From NCBI RefSeq assembly GCF_009914755.1, contig NC_060937.1: a stretch of DNA of 64,000 nt, one strand, 5' to 3'. This document shows, piece after piece, positions 1-16,530 of the stretch (its first letter is position 1; each line of letters starts with the position of its first letter). The notes below the pieces were generated by a model. That model made no database searches. It saw only the letters and a program-made list of their open reading frames with translations, and was not told where the DNA came from. Source of the stretch: the human T2T-CHM13v2.0 reference genome, Homo sapiens. The translations under genes were made by a program, and so were the position numbers.

Positions 1-205
1 CTGGGTACAAGCGATTCTTCTGCTTCAGCCTCCTGAGAAAATGGGACTACAGGCATGAGCCACCATGCCTGGCTAATTTTTGTATTTTTAGCAGAGACAG
101 GGTTTCACCATATTGACCAAGCTGGTCTCAAACTCCTGACCTCGTGATCCGTCTGCCTCGGTCTCCCAAAGTGCTGGGATTACAGGCGTGAGCCACCACG
201 CCCAG
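1..205 (-). mobile_element. Alu (AluS-like), cut by the window edge
   Basis: Antisense Alu text, e.g. CTCCCAAAGTGCTGGGATTACAGGCGTGAGCCACC. Confidence 0.95.
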
Positions 206-362
206 TCATTAATGATTTTTCAAAATGTTTTGTGCACCCAGAAAAAGCTAAAAGCCATCGTTCTTAACAGTGGTATCCACAGGGGAATGGACATAATTTT
301 CTCTTCATTTTAGGATAGTCAAGTGTCACTACATTAGGTTGTGCTTAAAAACACAGAGTCCT

Positions 363-682
<320 letters not shown>

Positions 683-1721
683 CTAATAAAAAGCAAAAAT
701 TAAATGTATTAATCTTTGCATCATCCCAGTTACTTGTAGGCCCTGGGCAGATGTGTCTGTGCAAACTTGCACGTCTCCTTCCAGGGATCCTCATTTCCTG
801 GACCTTGTGGCCTCGTTCCCTTTAATCAGAGAGTTTCTTTTGGCAGAAATGGCTGAAGCATGCTGCACAGAGGTCTTAAGGGTTTCCAGAACCCCGGCCT
901 GGGGAATTTTTACGTAATTTCAAATATTATATAATTCAGGGTTTAAATAGCTTACGTTTTGATTCCAAAAGATGTCTAAAGTCTGTTGAGTCTCAATTTG
1001 AATATTGTAACATTATTTTACCCACTGGTAGAAAAAACAAATTTTAGAAACTGGCTTATATAGCTTTTTGTCTATGAACTGGATGCTTCCTCATGTCCTG
1101 CTGCTAAGTTAGTCTTAGTTTTCATAAGGATGCACTTAAACGGAGGGTAAGCAGCATCCCGGATATTTAAGTAACCTAGACATAATTAAATGTATGTATT
1201 CATGAGCTTCTCTATTTTCACTTTTCTTAGGATAAAGCCCAAACCCCATAGCATTTATTAGAACACCTTTCTACCTTATCCCCCACCACTATGCCACATG
1301 CAGATCACCACTCCCCCAGCCACCTCCAAAGCTCCAACTCTGAGATTCTTCAATATGCTCTATGCTCCTTCTTGCTTCTGGGTTTCTATACATATTCCCT
1401 CTGCCACGAACACCTTTTATTCCTTTGTCTCACCCCACATTCAACACAAAGCAGTGACTCCTATTCATGCACAGGTCTCCACTTAGATATCACTTCCTCA
1501 GGAAAGTCTTCCTAACCCCAAGTATGACCTCTCTCCTTGTCTGGATCTACACTAACCTATAAATAATGATGGCAGGGTCTGTGTCTAGGCCACAGTTGCA
1601 CATGCACCTATTATAGCACTTCATGTCATTTTAGGAATCCAAGGAATGAATAGTTATTGGATGAGTTATTTTTAGCTACTTATTTTCCATTGGTTCTTTG
1701 CTGGTTAACAACATTTCTGGT

Positions 1722-2015
1722 GGGAAAGAAAGAAAGAAAGAGAGACGGAGAGGGAGGGAAGAAGGAAGGAGAAAGAGAGAGAGAGAGAGAAAGAGAGAGG
1801 AAGGAAAGAAAGAAAGAGAAAGAAAGAAAGAAAAAGAAAGAAAGGGAGAGAAAAGAAAAAGATGGTGAGAAGGAAAAAAGGGAAGGAGGGAGGGAGGATG
1901 GGAGGGAGGGCAGAAGGAAGGAAAGAGGGGTAAAGAAAGACAAGTAAAGAAAAAGAAAAGAGGAAGGAAGGAAAGAAGGGAGAAAGGAGAAAGAGAGAGG
2001 GTGGGATGGAGAAAG
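1722..2015 (+). repeat. GA-rich polypurine low-complexity tract
   Basis: About 290 nt of GAAA/GA/GGAA/GGGA units; explains ORFs 1657..1947 and 1680..1943. Confidence 0.95.
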
Positions 2016-3466
2016 GTCAGTTATGTACGAGATTGTTTGCTAAGCAGGACAATTCCTTTTTGAAATATTAGGCATGAATTCCATTAAATTGTACACAATT
2101 CTTTCAATGAAAGAATCAAGTACCATTAATTCATCTTTGCTTCTCATATATAGAATCACAATTCTATAACTAGCTATACTGGTTATATTGAATGTAACAG
2201 ACTTCCAAGTAAAAATGATCAAATAAATAAATTTTATATTTTATTTATGTACCTCAGAACTATTGTATAAAGTCTTTGAAGAATAGATTGATATTTCTTC
2301 TCCATTGAGGACTATTTTTGAAGAGTCTGTACCATACATAAATGTGTTCATATATATAATTTTTTACAGCTGTCTCATATTTGAAAGTGAACCATTTCCT
2401 TTCAAAATTAGACATCTATTCAAGACAGAAAACTATTTTTAGTGGTAACAGATTTTGGAGTTATTCTAAAGCACTATTAATGCATTATTGATGCATGACT
2501 TGTGAGAAACTATACAAGATTGTTGAAAACGCCAAATATCCATTTCCAAGTATAGGCTTTCACAGAACACAGCCTTGCTTTTATTACTAATGACACTTAC
2601 ATTCATCACTGAGACTTTTAAGAAAGTGCCTTTTGAGGAGATCTATGGGGCTTGGGAGAGTATTTCTTTATTGGGAGTTTAAAAATGGAGGGCTTAGTAA
2701 GTCCATTAATATAGTTCTAGGACTAGGGACATATTTTAGGTAAAATTGTGAAAAATTGTAAATTGACTTTGGTGCTCTTGCACTTCTCTTCTGCAGATTT
2801 AGTGTCTCTCCCAAGCGCTCAGGGCTTCTGGATTCCACTCCAACCCTGCCCCTGGGACCACCTCCCCCAGCCGTGATCACATACTTCCCCTCTCCACAGC
2901 TAGTCCCTCAGAGTCAAAGCTGATGCCCAAAAAAGAGCTACCACTCCTTATCTCCCACCCCTGTAAAGACAGTAAAATTGTACCAGTGACACTAGTAGTG
3001 TCCAAGTGAGTCATACTCTCATCAGTTCCTGCCACCGCAGCAAGCACAAAGACTATGAGAATGAGACAGAAACTGGCCTCAGTTACAGGGATCTTTCCAG
3101 GTTCTGGCACCTCAAATTTGTTCTCTGAAGACCTTTTTCCTACTTCAGTCCTATATTTTTCTCTAGGTTCCTTACTGCTCCCTTGGACTTCAAGTCACCA
3201 GTGTTTGGGTCTATTTCTTTCTATCTGCTTCCCGTGACTCTGACGATACTAGATATTGTCATTTGCCCCTTCTGTGCATGTCTCTCTGTTCCTGTCCCAT
3301 GGCCTTAATCAAACATCTGGACTTTATTTCTCAAGCCTTGAATTACACCTTGGCTATCAATACTTCCATTTTTATCCTATTTTCCTTATTAGTAACAGAA
3401 TTAAGATTGATTCCTTGCCCTATAAGCCACACTGATTACATTAGGCCAGCTAATTTGATGACCTAA

Positions 3467-4107
<641 letters not shown>

Positions 4108-5129
4108 TTAATATTTTCATGAGGCAATGCTTCAATGCTAACCTCCAATATAATTTCATGCATATTTTCAGGAAATACATGATGTTTTGCTATAAATAAG
4201 TCATTGGTGTTATCTGTTTCTACTTTGCATATAGGGATGAAGAGCCAGCCATTGTTAGAAAGGCAATGTGACTCAGAGGCAAGACAAAGATAAGATCCTT
4301 CGTCTCTGGTATTCAGAGCAGGTCCTCAATTTATGGAAATAGTGACATTGTTCCATTTTCCCCGCATCCCAGTGAAAGTATTCAAGTGACTGTTTACACA
4401 CAACTGGTGATGTTCACAGTTGTAGCACTTTTGCCCTCAATGTGTTATATCTATAGGAATTCATAAGTTGAAAGTTAGTAAGTGGAGATGCTTTTGTATT
4501 GAAATCCGATTTCTATTAACCAAGCGAAGAGGAAACTGAAGGTCTATTTATTCTAGTTTTAGACACACTTCTAAAAAGTTTGGCTATCTATTGTGCTCAC
4601 AACACTAAAAATTAACAAATAAGTAGAAATAGTGCCTTAGAGGGAAATAGTGCCTTGGGGGAAAGATCCAGAAAAAAAATGAATAGAAGTTTAGGGTCGT
4701 TTTGTATAAAGACAAAAAGTCTATTACGTCTCTCAAAAGACAATTACAACTTTCAAGTGTAATTCCAGGGCATGGAAGCATTGCAGGACAATTCAATAAC
4801 TGGGAGTAAATTAGGTTCATACTCTGAGGAGACAGGCAAATTTTCAATATATTTGAGACTGTTTCCAGCCTTTCTTCTTCCAAGTCCCTCCTCCACTTTG
4901 AAACCAGAGTACTATTTCTAAGACACAAATGTCACCCTGTCATTTCCCTGACTAAAACCCTTCAATGATTCCTTCTCCTTTGTCTACAGGGTAAAAATCT
5001 AAACTTCTTGGCTTGATGTACAAAGCTCTTCCAAGCCAGACTGTAATTTATATTATTTGTTAGCTGAACTCCTACCACCTCTCCACATGGCTTAGCCTAC
5101 TATGTATCATGTTTAAGACCTACAGAAAG

Positions 5130-5370
5130 CCCTAGAATAATAATCATACTTACATCCATTGACTGTTTGCTGTGTTCCAAGTATGAGGCTAAGAATTCTT
5201 TGAACACCATCTGATTTATAGAATATTTAAATGATAAATGTTTATTGATTGTTTTACAGATAAGGAAACTGCTGCTCAAGTTAAGGTCAAAGTTAACTGA
5301 CACGTGTACGATTTTACAGCTAGTAAGCAGCTAAGTTCAACATTACAACCAGCCAGTCTGATTCCTAGTA
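5130..5370 (-). mobile_element. MIR remnant
   Basis: TTTTACAGATAAGGAAACTG antisense MIR core. Confidence 0.6.
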
Positions 5371-7064
5371 GGTAGACCTCAGGCTTTTGCCTGAGAGCCC
5401 CACGGACACCTGCAATCATTCTCTTATTAAAGGATGGCTCCCACCTTGCCATGTGTACATCAGGATTTCAAAAAACAAAATTCAGTAGGAGAGATTAAGA
5501 CGATTTCTGCATACTTCTCAGTACAATTTAAAATTCATAAAGGCATTAGATAAATGTGTAACAATGTGTGATGTCTTTTTGATGGGATAGACAGAAAACA
5601 GAGGTCTTGATTCACTTGGGGTAATTAAAGAGTCTGTGACACATCTTAAAAGTGAAGAGGTATATGAATTCCGGGGCCCTGGCCAAATTCCAAACCACAT
5701 AATTATATCTTCTCCTTATACCTAAAATTTTTCTCAGAGTTTCAGCTGAAAAATAAATTCTTTACTTCCCCTAGTAAATGTTACCACTCAAGCAGAAGCT
5801 TGTAAGATATCCTTAGGCCCCTTTAAGCAGGCCCTTCCTACATTTCACTGAGGAGTCAAGTTTCCTGTGCAAAGTGGCCCAGAAGAAAAGACACTGTTTT
5901 ACATAACTTTCCATATTTTGTTGGATAAATATGGTAAGCATAACCAATATATTTTAGGAAGGAGGTATAGGTTGACAGACAGATATAGACATTAGAAATA
6001 TACTAAAATCAAAGTAACAGAATAATAAATATTGAACTTATTTGAATGATTGTTTGAATGCTTTATTTAAACTACAACTCACCTCTTGCAAAAATGGTGG
6101 TTCTGACTCCCAGGGATGTTTGTCGACATGATGAAATAAAAGCAATGTTTTAACTTTAACTTAACAAAATAAAGCTCAAGGGTCACTTCCATGTGTCTCT
6201 CTGAACTGGATTATGCTTTGGATTTCAACTATAATTGAAATTTGTCACAAGTGATACTGGAAGTGTTGTAACAAATAGTAATTGAAGTGGGTGTCTCTTT
6301 ATTAAAACTGATGGCATACTTTTTATTACTGCAAACGTTCAGTAGAAATCCTTGCTAAATATTCATAGAGATGAAGTACTGAAACAGAAAAAAAGGAATC
6401 AGTGTTGATCAGACTTTCATTTCAAATGAACCACTAATCAAATTTATTATAATTACATACTTTATTGAATTAGTGAACTGCTTACATTTATTGAATAATC
6501 TCCTCATCACTATGCTGAGTATTTTACATTCATCATTCCAGGAAGAACACTGTGAGCTTCTCTGAACTACCAAAGTGAAGAAACTGCCTAGAGCACCCAC
6601 CTATTTTGCTCTCGAGGAGAAGACTCAAGTTATTCCAACATTATTTTTTGAACTAACTGTTAAACATAGTGTATAAAGGAATGACTTCAAGTTTTAAATT
6701 AATTTTTGGATAAAACACAACGTTTCAGAGGAATTCTGCACTTGTAATGAGACTTAGTAGATAAAGAAGAGAAACAGATGGTCAAAATAACCACAAGCTG
6801 AATGAGTGGTCTGTGCACCTGAACCCCTGGCATATTGCGTTTTCTTAACTGTTATGTGTTGAGTGGATAGATGATCCAAGACAGGGTCTGCCTTCACAGT
6901 TTAGGTCACTATTTTTATTTCTCTCATTCTGGTCTAAAGCAGGCATATTTGGCTACAAACAACTGCTGAGATGAAGAAGAGAAGCCTGGAGCAAAATGAA
7001 ATCTCTACAGAGGCTAGGGCTGGACATAGAGCTCTTGGTGAGTTTTGCCAAAAGAGAGCCAATC

Positions 7065-7210
7065 AGCTGGGCTTAGTGCTGCATGCCTGTAGTCCTAGCT
7101 GCTTGGGAGGCTGAGGTGAGAGGATCACTTGAAGCCAGAAATTCGAGGCCAGCCTGAGCCACAGAGCAAGATGCTGTCTCTAACAAAATAAAGTAAAACA
7201 AATAAATAAA
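7065..7210 (+). mobile_element. FLAM (free left Alu monomer)
   Basis: Single diverged monomer with an A-rich tail. Confidence 0.8.
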
Positions 7211-7252
7211 CATTTTTTATAAAAAGGTCTACTCAGCTCCAGCTCATTATAA

Positions 7253-7438
<186 letters not shown>

Positions 7439-8647
7439 TAAAGAGAAGCCAGGATTTGTATTTTTTCTTAAAGTAACCAGGTTGGCAACGTTTTCTGATA
7501 TTATAAATACACTTTAAGCCAACAGAATATGCCTACTACCCATTTTTGGTGCATAAATTGCACATTTGCAATCTCTCATTTATGTCTTCTGTTCTTCCCT
7601 CATTTATACATTTGTAAAGAAATTTTTCCTGATAATTACTACTTCCATTGGCTAAGACAGCTAGTGTTCATATTAAAATCAAGGTTATAACCAACTGTTT
7701 TTCTATATTCCTTTCTTGTTTTTTGGTTCAATTTTAACTTCTGTCTCCTCTCATTTCTCCTCCATCCATGGGGTTCATTTGGCAAGAAATTTTGCTATCA
7801 TTCAGCCCCAAATGGGATCATACTTTAAATGTCTTCACCTGATTTGAGATCATCCTGAAACACCTACTTCCTGTCACCCTGGGTCACACTAAAGGTGATC
7901 AAAGGCAGGCACCAACCTGATACAACACCTTCCTCCCCAAGGTTAAGATATTCTCTATCATCCTATGAGTCATATCAGTAAAATAATGTTTAATTTTCAC
8001 AAAAGCCACATCATGCTCTCATTTCACCCCCATCACTCAATTTCAAGGCAATTCATGTGGACTTAAAATGATTTCTATTTTACCTTTTGAACCTTCGTTC
8101 TCTTCCTTTGGAGGGAAAAATCTGTGACTAATTCTAATCAATTTTGTCCTAACTCATGTTTGCATTCAAAAGCAATGATTTTCTTCCTTTCGTAGATTCT
8201 TCACAATTGCCATCAGCTATGAACTCAAGGTCCTAAGCCTAATTTCTATTAGGTATCACTCTAAAATAATGACCACATCTCTGCCTGAGCGGTATCCCCT
8301 GCTAACCCCACAAAGCGTGTCTCTGCTTTTTAGTCCTGGCCCTGAAGACAAAAATGGCCTCTTCAGTGAGTCATGTGCCCCTACTGACCGCAGGTAAAGC
8401 AGTTACTGTCAGCATTGTTCATTCACTAGTCCCCTTAAACGTTGGCTGAGTTTATATCTTCTTTTCCCCAGCCCTTTATTTCTTTTCTGAGACAAGTCAT
8501 ATGATACACTTTTTGTCACTTATAAGCCAGGCTTCCTTTATTCCATTGTAAATCGGTTAGCTTTACTGTTGATTGCCTGAAAAATATTTGTGGATTTTGA
8601 TTATCTAGTCCCTGATACCCAAAGATGTCTGTGATGATAATGTTGTT

Positions 8648-8713
8648 GCCTGCACAGGACTTTCAGTGTTAAAACTGGGTAGTCCCAGGCAGATGGGGAG
8701 AGTTGGTCACCTA
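8648..8713 (+). mobile_element. MER81 (hAT-Blackjack MITE) fragment
   Basis: GGACTTTCAGTGTTAAAACTGGG...GAGTTGGTCACCTA resembles the MER81 right half. Confidence 0.65.
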
Positions 8714-8850
8714 ACTGTCAGGGAGTTAATTGAGAGAACAGACTAGCAGAGAATGCTGGGAAAGCTTAATAAGGCCTCAGAAAAAAAACACCACCAAGTC
8801 AGTTTTATGGCCCAGCTTCCTGATCCTCTCTGTGTCTTTCTTTCATGGTG

Positions 8851-9165
8851 TTTTTCTTTTCTTTTCTTTTCTTTTCTTTCTTTTTCGAGTTGGAGCCTCA
8901 CTTTGTCACCCAAGCTGGAGTGCAGTGGTGCAATCTTGACTCACTGCAACATCCACCTCCCAGGTTCAAGCGATTCTTCTGCCTGAGCCTCCCGAGTAAC
9001 TAGGACTACAGGTGAACGCCACCATGCCTGGCTAATTTTTGTATTTTTAGTAGAGACAGAGTTTCACCATATTGGCAGGCTGGTCTCGAACTCCTGACCT
9101 CATGATCCACCCACCTCAGCCTCCCAGAGTACTGAGATTATAGGCGTGAGCCACCACGCCCTGCC
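8851..9165 (-). mobile_element. AluS
   Basis: Full antisense Alu, TSD TGGTGTTTTTCTT. Confidence 0.95.
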
Positions 9166-10250
9166 TTTGGTGTTTTTCTTCTTCATATATCAACTCCATT
9201 CCCCTCTGCCCACCAACCAGTTTTCCTTGCTTAATCTTTGTTTCTGTTCCTGTGCAACTTCATGCTAAAAGCCTGTCTTTAGAGGGAGGATACAGTTTTG
9301 AATTCCAGGTGAGCCATGTACAAGCTATTCTTAGATCTGAATTAGCCATAGCCAAAGGTGGACAGAGAAGTAAGGTCGTGTGTGATCAAATACTGGAATT
9401 TTGGAGAGCACAGCCTGTTAGTTTGGACATATTCCTTAGATGAAGGTGTGAGTAGGACAAGCTTTTTCAATCTGTATCTGACATACCATTCTCACTACTA
9501 CTCACCCTTTCCTCCATCAGTTCAAGTTTATTCTCAGATGCAAGTTCACGTACAAGTGTGAAATGCAAGTATAGAAATTCTCACTCTGTAGCCAAATGCC
9601 CTTGATAGACCTTAACTTACCACAACATAGCATATTCCTCCAGTAGACAAGTTCAAAGCATCTACAGCCTTCCTCGTGTCTCCTGGCATCTGGTTCCAAA
9701 CTTCATAATCTTCTCTTAGAGGCTTTCAAACTGCCCTTTTAGGGAAGAAACGTAACATCAGAGTCTGTCCCAAGTTTCGTAATTCATTCATAAGACTTAC
9801 TCCTTTACCAATAGAGTGATATCATCTGATTTGTTTGTACATCTTAAACTTCTGATTTTATCAAGCAGAAGGGTATCATTTCCAAAAACTTTGAAAAAAG
9901 AAAAGCAACATAGCTTTCAACAGTTAAGCTTAAAACCTTGCATTTCTCAAATTATCTATGTAAAATGTATGATTCATAACTTAAATACTTAAAGGTAAGT
10001 GGGTGGCGGTGGAGGGTGGGGGGGACACAACTAGAACACCACAGCAGAAACTTCTGACTTGGTAGCTCTTTCTGTATTTGAACTATGCAATTAAACCATA
10101 CAACAATTTCTCTTTTTGCTGAAGTCTCTTTCTTACTTCTTTCTTTGAATAATGGGATTCCCTATCTTTTTCTGCCTCTCATCCTAGGGTTTTAATTGCT
10201 TTTATTATTACATGGATCGATATAGTAGAATCAAATTTTAGAAAATACTA

Positions 10251-10712
<462 letters not shown>

Positions 10713-11729
10713 TTAAATACATTTAAGTTTCCATTTATCAAGAAAATCCACCCCTATAGAATAAGCTGGATCCTTGTGCATTTGTGTAAATTATAATTTA
10801 CTGGATTTCTACTGCTTTTCTTAAATAGCCATTGAAACCTTAATAAACGTATGACTTATATTCTAGCCTCCACTTAGACCATATTAAACTAAAAGAGCTG
10901 ATGTGACTCATTGATTCACAGAAGATACCTTCGGAAATATTTATTTTATAATCAGCTTGATACATTCAACCTTTGCATGTACTCATCATTAATCACTCAA
11001 AAGGGGATATAATTTTTTAAAAAACCTTTATTTATGATGAATATGAACATTCATCCATGTGTTTGTGATGCAGTTTTGTAAGCTCAAATTCACAATTTAA
11101 AATCAAAAATTTTAAATTGTCCTATTGAAATTTGGCTTCGTTTTATAATTAATATGTGTATGTTTCTTATTTTTTTTCTTCTTCACAGTTCTTACAGCTT
11201 TTCTGATACAGTCCCTCATGACTCTCAATTAGATTATTTCCCTCCTAAGTAGTAAAATTCTTTAGCATTCCTTGCTTCTACAATTCACATAGTATATTCT
11301 GCCATGTTGTTCTTAAAACTGTGTTTTTAATCTGTAATTCCTCTACCAATGGTCTCTAATTTTATGTCAAAAAATCATCTTGAAATAGCAAAATTATAAA
11401 CATCTTGGATTAGAAAATACCTTAGCAATATGTAGTCCAGCCTCCCAAATCATTCATAGTATGTGATTTGTTCATCTATTCCACAAATTTTTATTGTATA
11501 CCTACTGTATTTCAAACATGGGAACAGGCTCTAAAAATAATGACAGTGAAGATAAAAATAATACAGTTGCTCTCTTAAAATTCTAAGTGACAGACTGTTT
11601 TACATTCTAAGTGAGAGAGAAAAAAATAAACAAGAAAATAGACAAAAGAATCAAGTAGCATGTGTCATGAAGAAAATAAAATGGTGATGGTAACTGCATG
11701 GCTACTTTAGATTGGATGGCCAGGGAAGG

Positions 11730-12179
11730 TGTGTTAGTTTCCTAGGACTACCACAAAAAAATTATCACATACGTGGTAACCTAAAACAACATAAAAATAT
11801 CCTTTCACAGTCCTGGAGGCCAGACATCCACAATCAAGATGTAAGCAGGCTTGTGCTCCCTCCAAATGCTCCGGGGGAGACCCCTTTCTTGTCTCTTCCA
11901 GTTTCTGGTTGCTTGATGCATTTCTCAATTTGTGGCTGCCTAACTTCAATCTCTGCCTCTATCTTCACATGGCCTTCTCCTCAATCCATGTCTCTTCTCT
12001 ATGTGTCTCATAAAGACACTTGTTACAGGATTTAAAGCCCACCTGTGTAATCTAGGGTCATCTTAAGATTCTGAATTACATTAGCAAAGACTCCTTTTGA
12101 AAATAAGGTCACATTCACAGGTTCCAGGCATTAGGACATGGACGTATCTTTTTGAGGACCACCATTTCAACCCACTACA
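11730..12179 (-). mobile_element. MLT1 (MaLR) solo LTR, MLT1B/C-like
   Basis: TG...CA termini, AAATAAGGTCACATTCACAGG motif, 5-bp TSD GAAGG. Confidence 0.85.
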
Positions 12180-12261
12180 GAAGGATTCTCTGAAGAGGTG
12201 ACATTTCAGTTGCAACCTAACTTTGAGGGTTTCAGTTGACATGTGAAAAAGACCACAGGAA

Positions 12262-12652
<391 letters not shown>

Positions 12653-12928
12653 TTAGCATGGCTGAAGATTCATTGTGAAAAAGAGTCTCGCAAAATGGGT
12701 ACAGAGTGTGAGGCTGATTGTGGATGTTATGATAAATATTTAAAGGGGTCCCTTAACTTAGTGCCAAGCTTGGGAGTATGAATTGTATGTGTTAGTAAAA
12801 AGGAAGTGACTGAAGAGTTGTAAGCAGGACAATGGTAAGATGCAATTTATGTTTCGAAAATTTTATTCTGGTTCCTATGTAGAGAACAGTTTCTAAGGAA
12901 GCAGGTGGAAAAGAAAGAAGACACGTTA

Positions 12929-13582
<654 letters not shown>

Positions 13583-13708
13583 TCATGTAAATAGTTTAGG
13601 CAAGAGACACAAATGGCCACAGGTAGCTTTAGTTAGGGAGAATAGCGTACAGATCCAGAATATATGTTACAGACATAGTTGATAGGATTTGCTGGTTGAT
13701 TTCAACTA

Positions 13709-14030
<322 letters not shown>

Positions 14031-14621
14031 ATGAGGAAAAGAGATGAATCATGGTTGACCTCCGGGTCTTTGGTAGAAAGTGTTACAATTTCCTGAGATG
14101 AGAAAGATGGTGAGAGAAATTTGAGGTGGAAAAATCAAGGGTTTGGTTTTGGCCATCTTCCATGTGGAGATGTCAAATAATTGGATATAGGAACCCAGCA
14201 ATGGAGCAAAATGTCAGAACTGCAGACATAACTCTGGTAGTTCTCTTACTTCTACTTGGATACTATTGATGACAATTTAATCTTTAGGAAGTCAATTGTA
14301 TTGTTAGACTTGTAATTTAGAGCCAGTTGATAAGTCATGAACACTCATTGCTCTCCTTAATGACTGCACACCCCCTGTGCCATGCTGTCCCCAAACAACA
14401 AGCACCACCAAAAGAGTATTATGCTAATTAGCCTAATTTATTCACTTTGTATATTAATCTTGTTTTCACTGAAATTACAAGGGTTCTGAAAGAAATCCCA
14501 AAAGAGGAAGTCTAAATAGTGGGAATTACAGTGTTATAGTCATAATGACTTATGCGGCTTCCCAAGATATCGAACTCCTCTGTAGAGAGCAGCAGTCATT
14601 TGAATATTTAGTAAGTTTTAG

Positions 14622-14950
<329 letters not shown>

Positions 14951-14954
14951 ATAA

Positions 14955-15433
<479 letters not shown>

Positions 15434-15591
15434 TGAATGAGAACACCATAGTCAGCAATGTGAAAAGCCTATAGTCTTGCTGCAAGAGTGACAAATGGCC
15501 CTGAAGATTTTCTAATAACTAGAAAATCTAACAAACACAAAAAACTCACAGTGCAAATTATGTGTTCTGTTACACGCTCCCGTAACTGCTA

Positions 15592-15948
<357 letters not shown>

Positions 15949-16052
15949 AGTGTAGCAATGTATTATAGCTCTTGGTGCTAGAGTGCTAAACCTCCCCTCC
16001 CCACCACTCCCCACCACCAACACACACACATTTTATTTTTCACTCTCCCCAG

Positions 16053-16183
16053 GTAAAAAGCAGTTAGCCTCAGGGCAAAGCCATGACTTGAAGTTGAGGA
16101 TAAAATTAAGTTTAGTGATTAAGCAGTCTCAGTTACCTGATTTCATCTGAGACCCTTCATTTCCTTATTTCTCAGAAACCACG
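16053..16183 (+). other. Candidate non-coding exon
   Basis: Acceptor TTTTATTTTTCACTCTCCCCAG| and donor ACG|GTAAGT; 131 nt. Confidence 0.3.
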
Positions 16184-16389
16184 GTAAGTGTTGTTTCTAG
16201 GATGGACAAACTGATAACCTAAAACTGCACAGAAGACTCTGAAGTACTGAAGCAGAGAATACTCTGTTATAGAAACAAATAACCCTGTGTAATTTTGCTG
16301 TCCTAGAATGATGACTGGGGTGGGGGGAGCGGCAATTGCAACCTTCAGACCTACTTTGTCTCTCTGAGACACCCTGTGATATTTGGACT

Positions 16390-16530
16390 TGTAACCAAAA
16401 CACCTGGGTTTGAATCTGACTCTACTACTTAGTCATGTGTGACTTTATAAATCTGTTTACATCTCTGAATCTTAATTTCTTTTCATCTGTAGAATTTTAA
16501 CAATGCCACCTCATAGGAGGTTGGCAAAAG
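16390..16530 (+). mobile_element. MIR remnant
   Basis: CCTGGGTTTGAATC...ACTTAGTCATGTGTGACTTT...CATCTGTAGAA. Confidence 0.65.

Noticed and set aside
1657-1947. K/E/R-rich ORF and the antisense S/F/L-rich ORF
   Set aside because: Artefacts of the GA low-complexity tract
4626-4656. Short tandem duplications (GAAATAGTGCCTT x2; also GTTATAACCACCTAG x2 at 50835 and 50859)
   Set aside because: Ordinary slippage duplications with no further structure
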